64,000 nucleotides of DNA from an uncultured Verrucomicrobiae bacterium (GTDB lineage: Bacteria; Verrucomicrobiota; Verrucomicrobiia; Chthoniobacterales; Chthoniobacteraceae). Of this stretch, positions 55,147 through 64,000 are shown one piece after another. Below the pieces are notes generated by a model. It ran no database searches and was not told the DNA's origin. It worked only from the letters and a program-made list of their open reading frames with translations. Each line of letters opens with the position of its first letter. The first letter of the stretch is position 1. The stretch lies in assembly GCA_963828525.1 (NCBI GenBank), contig CAWHEP010000005.1, positions 128,001 through 192,000 of the forward strand, written 5' to 3'. The translations under genes and the position numbers were made by a program.

Positions 55147-55479
55147 TCATAGCCAACGTGGATGAGCGAAAAACCCCTCTGTTCGTCTTTTTACGTCGTT
55201 GATCTGCTTGGTCTCCTCCGAGTCATGTAACGAATCAACGTCATACTGCTTCGCGACACGATGCAAGGGCACGCGCGTCTCGTGACCAAGCACCTGATAT
55301 AGCCGCTCCCGGAGCCACGCGACATTTCTCGCGCTGATGCCGTGACCTCTTTCGTTTGTTTTTTCGGCGATCCGACCGTAGGTCGCGAGGTAACCGGAAG
55401 GGATTCTGGAAATTTCTTCGAACGTAATCCGACGCCACGAATCGCGTTCGGCGAGGAGTTCTTCGAGTTCAGGGTTCAT
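55147..55479 (-). CDS. Cassette (first in array B): alkyltransferase-like (MGMT/ATL) DNA-binding protein
   Basis: IPSGYLATYGRIA..ARNVA..VPLHRV, with no catalytic Cys. Confidence 0.75.
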   Translation of the reverse strand: MNPELEELLAERDSWRRITFEEISRIPSGYLATYGRIAEKTNERGHGISARNVAWLRERLYQVLGHETRVPLHRVAKQYDVDSLHDSEETKQINDVKRRTEGFFAHPRWL

Positions 55480-55495
55480 GGTGGAGGTTCTGATG

Positions 55496-55531
55496 GCCTA
55501 ACGAGATTTAGGCGAAAGTCCATTTCGCCTA
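55496..55531 (-). other. attI site of integron B
   Basis: gcctaacgagatttaggcgaaagtccatttcgccta. Confidence 0.8.
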
Positions 55532-55579
55532 TTTCGGCTGGCATTCAGGAATGTGTCGTGGTAAAACGAAGACATGCGA

Positions 55580-56560
55580 ATGATGTTCCCACATCAAAAA
55601 GAAGCTGGCAAGCCGAAACTTCTCGACCGGGTACGGGAGTTGATGCGCCTCAAGCATTACAGCCTGCGCACCGAAAAGACGTACGGAGAATGGATTCGCC
55701 GTTACATCCTCTACCACGGCAGGCGGCATCCTCGCGAGATGGGGGCGGAGGAGGTCACCGCGTTTCTGACCCATCTCGCCGCTGAGAGGGATGTCGCGGC
55801 CTCGACGCAAAACCAGGCGCTCAGCGCCCTGCTGTTTCTCTACGGCGAGGTCCTCGATGTAAAGCTGCCCTGGCTGGGTGAAATCCAACGGGTAACCCGC
55901 CCCGCCAGGCTGCCGGTTGTCCTGACCCGGGAAGAAGCCAGGAGCGTCCTGGCGGCCCTTCGGGGCGAATACCGGCTGATGGCTGACCTGCTCTACGGGA
56001 GCGGGTTGCGGCTCCTGGAGTGTCTGCGGTTGCGGGTGAAGGATGTCGATTTTGGCTATCTGCAAATCACGGTGCGTGAGGGGAAAGGGGGCAAGGACCG
56101 CGTGACCGTGCTGCCCGTCAGCCTGGCGCCAGCGATTCGCGAGCATCTGGAGGCGGTGAAAAAGCTGCACGCGGCCGATCTGGCCGCCGGGTTTGGCCGG
56201 GTGATGCTGCCCGAGGCGCTGGAGCGCAAATATCCGAAGGCTCCGCGGGAATGGGCCTGGCAATGGGTGTTTCCGGCAGCCCAGCTTTCTACCGATCCCG
56301 TGACGGGAATCAAGCGGCGGCATCATGCGCTGGAAAAGAACCTCCAGAATGCTGTGAAAGCGGCCGCGCGAAAGTCGGGCATCGCAAAGCATGTGACGCC
56401 GCACGTCTTCCGGCACAGCTTTGCCACGCATCTGCTGGAGGCGGGCTATGACATCCGCACCGTGCAGGAACTGCTTGGGCATAAAGAGGTGAGCACCACG
56501 ATGATCTACACGCACGTCTTGAACCGCCCTGGCCTGGCGGTGCGCTCGCCGCTGGATTAA
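55580..56560 (+). CDS. intI: Integron integrase B
   Basis: Near-identical to 45743-46723; the few amino-acid differences are mostly N-terminal. Confidence 0.97.
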   Translation: MMFPHQKEAGKPKLLDRVRELMRLKHYSLRTEKTYGEWIRRYILYHGRRHPREMGAEEVTAFLTHLAAERDVAASTQNQALSALLFLYGEVLDVKLPWLGEIQRVTRPARLPVVLTREEARSVLAALRGEYRLMADLLYGSGLRLLECLRLRVKDVDFGYLQITVREGKGGKDRVTVLPVSLAPAIREHLEAVKKLHAADLAAGFGRVMLPEALERKYPKAPREWAWQWVFPAAQLSTDPVTGIKRRHHALEKNLQNAVKAAARKSGIAKHVTPHVFRHSFATHLLEAGYDIRTVQELLGHKEVSTTMIYTHVLNRPGLAVRSPLD

Positions 56561-56581
56561 AAGCGCGTGGCCGGTTGATTG

Positions 56582-56777
56582 GTCCCACCACTCCCAGTGG
56601 CCATCTGTGTATTGCGTCAAGGAATTGCCTTCCTGCTGCCATTTAGCGCGGCGAATTACGATGAGGTCTGCTTGGCTTGCTTTATCGAGTTGTTCGTCGG
56701 TGATGTATGACACGTCAGCGTCGTCTCCGAGCGCTTTTGGGTCGTCTCGCGAATTGATTCAACATAGGTTCTCATTC
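56582..56777 (-). pseudogene. Truncated first cassette of array C
   Basis: ORF fragments after attI-C, cut off at the 3' flank of intI-B; no attC. Confidence 0.45.
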
Positions 56778-56835
56778 TTTTGGTTCCCTTCGTTTGTTTG
56801 TGTTTATCCCCGATTGCTCGGGAAAGCGTGAAAGC

Positions 56836-56871
56836 GCGTAACAAGATTTAGGCGAAAGTCCATTTCGCCTA
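56836..56871 (-). other. attI site of integron C
   Basis: gcgtaacaagatttaggcgaaagtccatttcgccta. Confidence 0.78.
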
Positions 56872-56919
56872 TTTGGGATGGCAGTCAGGAATGCGTCGTG
56901 TTAAAGCGAAGACATGCCG

Positions 56920-57180
56920 ATGATTCTTCCACGGCAAAACGAAGCTCGCAAGCCGAAACTCCTCGACCGGGTACGGAAGCTGATGCGGCTCAAGCATTAC
57001 AGTCTGCGCACCGAAAAGACATATGGAGAATGGATTCGCCGTTACATCCTCTACCACGGCAGGCGGCATCCTCGAGAGATGGGCGCGGAGGAGGTCACCG
57101 CTTTTCTGACCAATCTCGCTGCTGAGAGGGATGTCGCGGCCTCGGGCGCAAAACGAGGCGCTCAACGCCCTTCTGTTTCT
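56920..57180 (+). pseudogene. intI: Truncated integron integrase C (N-terminal ~85 codons)
   Basis: Homology to intI A/B ends at ctgtttct, abutting the next gene's stop. Confidence 0.9.
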
Positions 57181-57191
57181 TTAAGCCTCGG

Positions 57192-60100
57192 TTACTTCGC
57201 CACAAGTTGGATCGCGCGCCAGTTGCGGCTCCCCACGTTGACCGTTATAGCGTTCCGTGCAACAGGTATCTGTCTCTGGGATTCGACATCCGCGCAGGAC
57301 ATCTTGCCGCGCGCCAGTCCAAGTTGGGCCACGTCGATATCAACGACTGCCTTTGTATCCTGATGAGTCGTGTTGAAGACCCACAAGACAACATGGCCCG
57401 GTCGCGCGTGAGCCGATACAAGGACTCCGGGTGCGCGCGATTCCACTCCAAGACCCTGCTTCCAGTATGGCAGAAAGCGGATGTCGTCTCTCCAGAGTTC
57501 CAGCGACGCGGAGAGCGGGGGCCACGCCGCCACTCCTTCGGGTAAACAGTCGTGGAGGAGCACCCAGCCGAGGAATTGACGCGTGAGAAACGGGGCCTCG
57601 GGCGAGTTAGCGCTATGGCGTTGCGTCTGGCACATGATGAATGGCGCGGAGCCGAGGCTGGCGCCCATACCGATGCTGCGCAGCCGGGAAGGCGGCAGCG
57701 CGTCCACGTAATCGCTCGTTCCGCTTGGCTCGACATTCTCCCCTTCCATGCTCACGTCAGGCATCCAGGAATACACCGCCTGCCCGCCGGTGGTATGTTC
57801 CCATAGATTTGGCAGCGGCTTCCCGCGCGCATGGAAGAGGTAGCGCAGCCGCTTGTTGAACTCGCGCAAGCCAAGGTAACTGTACCCTGGCTGGACTGTC
57901 CCATCTGGGAGCAGGTAGGCCTGGCCCGTGAGGTAGTTGTCGTCCTGCGCAAGGTAGTTCTCGTCGAAGTAAAGACCGCTTAACCCCGATTTCTTGATCC
58001 ACCGGTCGAAGTGCCAAAGCTGAAAATCGTTTGGCCCTTTGCTCCGCGCGACGTTCCCGTCCCCGCGGTCACCCGGCTCCATTCCCCAATCCGCGGCGAG
58101 ATCTTCGAAGACACGGCCCTTGTAGTCGCGATACCTTCCGATGGAGTGCGCGATATTCCCCACGCACGGCACGACGCGCCTTTGGAAATAAGGGGCCATC
58201 GCGCTCGCCGATTTCTCATAGCTCCATGGGTAGGGGCTTGAGTAGTAGGGCCACAAGACAGCCCAGTCTGCTTCGCACCAAAACACCGCGGTCTCGTTTG
58301 GCAATGCGTTCCCGGCGTCGATGTGATATCCCCGCCACCCGTGTGGCTGCGGTTTCTGCGGAGTTGCCATCCATCCATATCGGATCGTTGTGGAGCGCGC
58401 GGACTCCGGTTTGCGGCTGATGAAGCGCGCTCGCAGTGTTGTATATTTCTCATCTGAGCTAATCTGTTGAGCAGGTTTCTGGGGATCGATAATCCAGCCG
58501 GCGTCGTTGTCAGCGAACCAGCAGAAGCCCCTTTCAGAATCCGTCAAAAATAGGTACGGAACGAAATTACCAACGCGGCTCGTCGAAGCGGTTTCCGTGG
58601 AGTCCCAATGAGCGGGTGTCCACCCATAATAGGAAGCCCATCCTCCGCCAGTGGTGACAAAGCAAGGCGCTTCAGTTTTCGGCATTTTCACGACGAGCGA
58701 CAGTCCATCGACCCCGCATCCCGCTTTGAGATCTATAGTCATCGTGTTGAAAACAAAGCCGTCGAACTCCACCCGAGTCGCTACCTTGATGCCAATCTCT
58801 CTGCGGAACGCGCTCCCCTCAAAGTCCGCTTCCGCTTCCGTTAACCGCTTTAACGTTGCCTCCCCGGGCGCAATCTTGACGTCTTGTCCGTTGATCGTCG
58901 CGATCATCTCCATGGCCCCGGAGAGTTGTGGCTTTCCGCCATTCAATACTTCATCGGCGAGTCCCAGGCCGTTTAGGCGGTAGGATTTGTTCCACATGGA
59001 TACCACGCCCTTTTCCCACTTAAGAGGCTCCCAAGGAGGGATGACTTTGTCCGAAACGCCTATGCTGTTTGGCGCCCACTCGAATTGATAGCCGGACAGC
59101 GCTACAGGCGCGCTGCTTCGAGCGATTTCAGCGCCGTCAGGGCCGGCAAGCACGGCTTCCACGCGGTAACGCACGGCTTTTCGCTTTCCAGGAGCTGCAA
59201 GCCAGTCGGCCTCCGTCTCGATCGGCACGGGAAGACCGGAAACGTCCACGGTGAACTCGGAGTAGTCCAGGTTGAATGGCGCGATCTTCCGTTCCGCGAC
59301 TGTCCGTCCTGTCGCGGGATCAACCAGCCGCGCGCTTCCAGACTCCGGCTTCCGCTCCATGTAACCGCGATCAATCTTGATGAGAATCACCTTGCTGAGC
59401 GGCGCGTAGGACGCGGTAAGGCCGAACGGCGCGGAATACGGGGAACTCTTCAGGCTCGCGGGTGGCGCGCGGACAAATCCGTTCACCGCATAAGGAAAGA
59501 TTTGCCGGTAAAGAACGCCTCCCCCGGAGGTCGCTTTCACCTCGCAGTAGCCGCTTCGAAGGGCGGGAGGCAACGATCCGTCCGACAGTTAGATCCAGGT
59601 GCTGCCGTTGCTGGGCGTGAATGTGTCTGCTGAACGTCTTGTCACTCCCGCTGGCCGTGACTCCAGTCCCAAATCGCATTTCTATATCAATCTCGCTCGG
59701 GGTGGTCTCAGAACCCGTAATCGCCATGGGCACATTGAACCTGCCCGTGAAAATGCTTTCCACATTCAGCAACTGAAATGCCGGGGAGTCTGGGTGAAAA
59801 TGCAGGTAGCCATGGCGCTGGATATCTTCAAACGCGCCGCCGGGAGCCCATGCCCGAAACTTATCAGGGTCACCCAGGATATCCGTGCCAAACAAGGCTC
59901 GCCAGGTCGTCCCCGGCTGGATGTGTTCAACGCCAAAGGAGGTGATCGGCGCCTTTGCCTCCAAAATCCACGCGTCGGCGCTCTCCGAGGATGCCACCTG
60001 CCACTTGCCTTGCCAGGACATCTGGGTGGATCCCAGCGAGGGGATCTTTAAACAATCATAAATTGCTGGATATGAATTAAGGATCGTTTGGTAAGTAGTT

Positions 60101-60478
60101 GCGGGAACTGCCAGGAGGTGAAATCCAGATTTCGTTCGAGTCGTCATTCACGATGTGATCGTCATCGGGCTTGCGCGTGCTTTTGCGCAGGAGCGAGTGC
60201 CACTCACCCCGGAGATTCCTGAAGCAGATATAAACGAAATTATCGTCATACGTGACCCATGTGGTGCTCTGGCATTTTGCAAGGCTGCTGGAGAAAGGCG
60301 TGACAAAGCCCGTGCAGGCCGAAGCCTGATCCCATTCTCCGGCCGACATTGTTCCGTCGATTTTCGGCGGGATGGTTGTCCTTCTCACAACCATCTCAGG
60401 CAGCGGAATCGGCTGATCCGCCGCGCGGACGCAACACGTCAGCGCCGCGAGCGCGAACAGGAAACGAATCCCCCTCAT
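57192..60478 (-). CDS. Large secreted glycoside-hydrolase-like protein (CBM9-like N-terminus, DUF6067-like region; two frameshifts)
   Basis: PKIDG..EW, YDDNFVY, VIPPWEPL, MATPQKP, SGLYFDE. Confidence 0.7.
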
Positions 60479-61935
60479 TGTTGCGCGATCACAGGCTTGC
60501 CGTTCCTGTTCTCTACAAGGTAAGTGTGCCCTTGCGGTGTCGCGTCTAGGGTCACGTTTAAGCCAGGCCACGGCGCGACCTTGACGGAGCTGCTCCCGCC
60601 TCCCTGCTTGAACACGCGCACCACCGCCTTGTCTCCGAGCCGCATGCCGGACCAGAGCGCCCCATCATCCTGAAGCGCGGGCACTTCAAGGTTCAGCGGC
60701 GTGCCATTGGACACTAGATCGCCATACGCGAGCATCTCGTCATAGACACTTGCCGCATCCTCAACTTCGCCGAGCGCCACAGCCTCGTAACCTTCATGAC
60801 GCGGATTGAAAACTTGCATGTCCGTAACTCCGCGCAGCCAGAGATGGCGCAACACCTCGCGATAACGTTCCCGGCTCATAATGGGGATTTTCGGATTCTC
60901 ATCATCGGGGCACCAGCGGCAAACCCATGGCACCGAATCGCGATGAGGAGCAAAGACGAGCCGGTTTGCCGCGTCGTTTGACACATCCGATAACAGGAGG
61001 CGGGTGTAGAACTGATCCACATGTTCCCGATCAAGTGTGAAGGTCGTTTTCCACGCTTGGAAAAATAGGGTATTCCCATAAGCAACAGGATTGGTTGCTG
61101 TGAAAAAGAAAGGCGCGCTTGGGCAGATAATCTGGTCGGGCCATGTATGGATCGGATGTTGCGGAGTGGAGAATGCCGCCCGCCAATTCGTGGTTGAGCA
61201 TCCGGGAAAAACGTCTGCTACAGGCGCGGCAAGGTAGGCGCCCGTCAGTTCCAGGTAGCGCCTCCAGCAATACGCCCGGAATGGCTCCAGCCCGCGTAAT
61301 GCCTCTGCAGGGAGGGTCGCCCGACAGCGGGCGCAGTGCAGCGCCTGTTCGTAACGCTCCGGTCCGCCGAGCGGATCACCCTCCCAGTCCATCCACACAG
61401 CGTCCACCTTTACCCCCGCGCTTTTGAACTTTCCAAGAGTAGCCCGGATCTTATCCGCATTGATCTGCCAGCCTTTTGTGATTCCAGGGCACGCATGGAC
61501 GGGGTCGGCACTGGTGTAGCCGGCGTCAAATTGGTGCGCCCAATCCCTCGGGTTGCCTGCCTCCGAAGCGGGCCACACTCCCGCGATTCCTTGCATCATG
61601 ATGACGGGCGATCCGGCTTTTTGCATGGCCAGCGCTTGGGGGATCATCGTCTCATCCATATGGATATGTTGAGCGAATCCCCGCGCCAGCAGCGCCTTGT
61701 AGATCGGGATTGTCAGGTTGCCGGAGGGCTCTGGTTCCCAGAGGATCATCGGCAACCGCGCGCCGCGATCGTGTGTCAGCACAGGCACATGCTCCAGGAT
61801 CACCTGTATCCATGGGAAGGATGCGGGAACCGGCTGGCGTTCCGCATACAGCGGAGGCTCCGCCCCGCTTGCGCGCGTCGAAATCATTGCGAGCATGAGC
61901 GCAAGACCGATCCTCATGAAAGCGGCGAAACTCAT
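60475..61935 (-). CDS. Secreted hypothetical protein (possible TIM-barrel glycosidase)
   Basis: Signal peptide; VDAVWMDWE; CARC; overlaps the next gene's start. Confidence 0.6.
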   Translation of the reverse strand: MSFAAFMRIGLALMLAMISTRASGAEPPLYAERQPVPASFPWIQVILEHVPVLTHDRGARLPMILWEPEPSGNLTIPIYKALLARGFAQHIHMDETMIPQALAMQKAGSPVIMMQGIAGVWPASEAGNPRDWAHQFDAGYTSADPVHACPGITKGWQINADKIRATLGKFKSAGVKVDAVWMDWEGDPLGGPERYEQALHCARCRATLPAEALRGLEPFRAYCWRRYLELTGAYLAAPVADVFPGCSTTNWRAAFSTPQHPIHTWPDQIICPSAPFFFTATNPVAYGNTLFFQAWKTTFTLDREHVDQFYTRLLLSDVSNDAANRLVFAPHRDSVPWVCRWCPDDENPKIPIMSRERYREVLRHLWLRGVTDMQVFNPRHEGYEAVALGEVEDAASVYDEMLAYGDLVSNGTPLNLEVPALQDDGALWSGMRLGDKAVVRVFKQGGGSSSVKVAPWPGLNVTLDATPQGHTYLVENRNGKPVIAQQ

Positions 61936-61971
61936 GTCGGAGGGGCGTCGGCTGCGGCGCAAAGCCGCGGA

Positions 61972-63045
61972 TTAGAAGTTTGGCGTGGGCAACGCCGAAG
62001 CCGGGCTAGGAGACGGCGAGGGAACAGCGTCCGGCGTTGGAGATGGCAGCGGAGCCGCTGCCTTTTCAGTCTTCGGCATGGCTGTGTCTCGCTTCAACAG
62101 ACGAAACAAGTCGCTGTCAGTCGAGAGAACAAGTTGGGAATCTTTGGTCAGCACCTTGCGGTATGTAGTCATCGTTTTCAGGAAGGAGTAGAACTCAGCG
62201 GCCTGTGGGTTCTGGGTGTAAGCCCGCGCGTAGATTTCGGACGCCTTGGCATCTCCCTCACCCTTGATCTGTTCCACCTGCTTGTAAGCGGTGGATTGTA
62301 TCTCGTTCAGGTCTCTCTCTCTCTGGCCCGCGATGCGCGCTGCTTCGCCCTCTCCCTCCGAGCGGAAACGTTGCGCGATCTGCTGCCGCTCGCTGATCAT
62401 TCGCTGATAGATGCGTTCGAGCACATCGGGATTGTAGTTCACCCGCTTGATTCTCAAGTCGAGGAGTTCGATTCCAAAATCAGCCAGCTTGCCCGCCCCC
62501 GCGGTCATGATCTCAGCCTCAATCTTAAGCCGACCATACTGAATCGGACGCAATTCTCCTATTGTCGCCGCGTCCTGGGGGCCGCCCTTTAGTGTTTCAT
62601 CCCGCTGTGGTTTTCGATCCTTGTCCGTGCGCACGATTTCGATGAGTTCATGCTTCGCGATTGAGTTGCGGATTTCGCTCCCTAGGATGTCCTCCAGCCG
62701 GGACTGCGCGCTGCGCTCATCGTGCAACCGCACAAAGTAAGTCTTCGGGTCGCGGATCCTCCATCTCCCAAACGCATCCACGTGAATGTAAGTTTTGTCC
62801 TTTGTGGGAATTGCCACGGGCGCGCCGTCCCACTCGAGGAAACGGCGGTCAAGCGTGTTCACCGTCTGTATGAAAGGAATCTTGAAGTGCAGGCCCGGTT
62901 CAACAATCGGGTCCCCAACTGGTTCTCCGAACTGCGTGATGATGACCTGCTCCGTCTGATCGACCGTGTAGAAAGCGCCGGCAAAGAAAAGCAGCACGAT
63001 GAGAACCGCCGCCCCGCCAGCCGCGGAAAAGATCATGCGCTTCAT
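61972..63045 (-). CDS. hflC: FtsH protease modulator HflC
   Basis: SPFH domain; RMISERQQIAQRFRSEGEGEA. Confidence 0.93.
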   Translation of the reverse strand: MKRMIFSAAGGAAVLIVLLFFAGAFYTVDQTEQVIITQFGEPVGDPIVEPGLHFKIPFIQTVNTLDRRFLEWDGAPVAIPTKDKTYIHVDAFGRWRIRDPKTYFVRLHDERSAQSRLEDILGSEIRNSIAKHELIEIVRTDKDRKPQRDETLKGGPQDAATIGELRPIQYGRLKIEAEIMTAGAGKLADFGIELLDLRIKRVNYNPDVLERIYQRMISERQQIAQRFRSEGEGEAARIAGQRERDLNEIQSTAYKQVEQIKGEGDAKASEIYARAYTQNPQAAEFYSFLKTMTTYRKVLTKDSQLVLSTDSDLFRLLKRDTAMPKTEKAAAPLPSPTPDAVPSPSPSPASALPTPNF

Positions 63046-64000
63046 TTCGACACCCCCTGGTTCATTAAGAGGGGCAGGATAGGCAGCAACTGCTTCATTG
63101 AATCATCGATGATGAGTTTGTGACCTGCCCCGGGAAGAATATCGCCCATCGTTTCCAGGTAAATGCGGGCGCGGGTGATCTCCGGGGCTTTGATATACTG
63201 CGCGAAGACCGCGTTGAATCCGGCTACGTCTCCCTCTGACTCGTTGACCCGTTTGAAGCGGTAGCCTTCCGCTCCACGGATCATCTGATCGGCCTCACCC
63301 TTCGCCCTTGGCACCGCCTTGTTGTATTCGCCGTTCGCGATATTGATCATGTTCTCCCGATCCTGCTGCGCCTTGTTTACCTCGTTGAAGGACTCCTCGA
63401 CCTGCACGGGAGGATTCACATTTTTTAGCTGCACTTGATCCACTCTCACGCCCAGATGATAAAGCGTCGCGAGTTCCTGCATGCGAGCGAGTGCCGCCAC
63501 TTCGATCTCCTGCCTGCCGATGGTGATGACCTCGTCCACCGTTCTGTCGCCGATGACCTCTCGCATCGCCGCTTCGGAAAGATCACGCAATGTTTCCCCC
63601 GGGGAGCGCACGTCGAACAAATACTGCTTGGGATCCTCGATCCTGTATTGCACGACCCATTCCACAAGCGCTGCATTCAGGTCGCCCGTTACCATCGACT
63701 TCTCCTCATCTTGCTCCTGGCTCACCTGATCCGGATTTGAATAACCTGGCGTCGAAAAACCGAACTCAAGCTTCAACTGGCGGCGCGTCGGCACCACTGT
63801 CACCCCGTCAATTCCCAACGGCATCTTGAAGTGCAGCCCAGGTTGCACGGTTTTATAGTATTTCCCGAACCGGAGGACCACTCCCTCTGCCTCCGCCCCG
63901 ACGGTGTAATATGAAGTAAAGGCGATCATCAAAAGGAAGAACGCCGCGATACCCGCTCCAATCCAGCCCAGCGGCGGACGATGCAGGTTTATGTTGATGA
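63042..64000 (-). CDS. hflK: FtsH protease modulator HflK (5' end outside window)
   Basis: VVLRFGKY, MVTGDLN, APEITRARIYLETM. Confidence 0.93.
   Translation of the reverse strand, partial: ININLHRPPLGWIGAGIAAFFLLMIAFTSYYTVGAEAEGVVLRFGKYYKTVQPGLHFKMPLGIDGVTVVPTRRQLKLEFGFSTPGYSNPDQVSQEQDEEKSMVTGDLNAALVEWVVQYRIEDPKQYLFDVRSPGETLRDLSEAAMREVIGDRTVDEVITIGRQEIEVAALARMQELATLYHLGVRVDQVQLKNVNPPVQVEESFNEVNKAQQDRENMINIANGEYNKAVPRAKGEADQMIRGAEGYRFKRVNESEGDVAGFNAVFAQYIKAPEITRARIYLETMGDILPGAGHKLIIDDSMKQLLPILPLLMNQGVSK

Noticed and set aside
1..64000. Many frameshifts suggesting mass pseudogenisation or programmed frameshifting
   Set aside because: They affect essential genes (accC, folD, thrB) and often fall near homopolymers; sequencing indels are the simpler explanation

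Overview
GC-rich bacterial chromosome segment, probably Verrucomicrobiota (inferred from a PEP-CTERM protein and overall gene content). Many single-base frameshifts, even in essential genes, point to an unpolished long-read assembly. Layout: (i) 1-5.8 kb exbD/exbB/tonB, comB, 8-oxoG glycosylase, rex and a pseudouridine synthase; (ii) 6-26.7 kb glycan-degradation cluster (DUF1080, BNR-GH105, GH2, two GH106, two SASA esterases, GH35); (iii) tRNA-Arg and housekeeping genes (thrB, lpxK, folD, aas, pfkB, thiE, accC, accB); (iv) 39.95-57.2 kb integron region; (v) a glycoside-hydrolase-like gene, a secreted protein and hflC/hflK. The integron region holds three tandem attI-intI platforms (two intact, one truncated) and about 17 minus-strand cassettes. 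It has been repeatedly invaded by an IS110-family element that inserts precisely at the AG (CT on the other strand) dinucleotide of the attC R'' box. The element's upstream non-coding end folds into a structured RNA with two GACCCCGT-prefixed segments, one matching the attC target and one matching the element's own right end. This looks like an attC-programmed bridge/seek RNA system. A 473-bp non-autonomous mini-element and a MITE nested in the transposase are also present.
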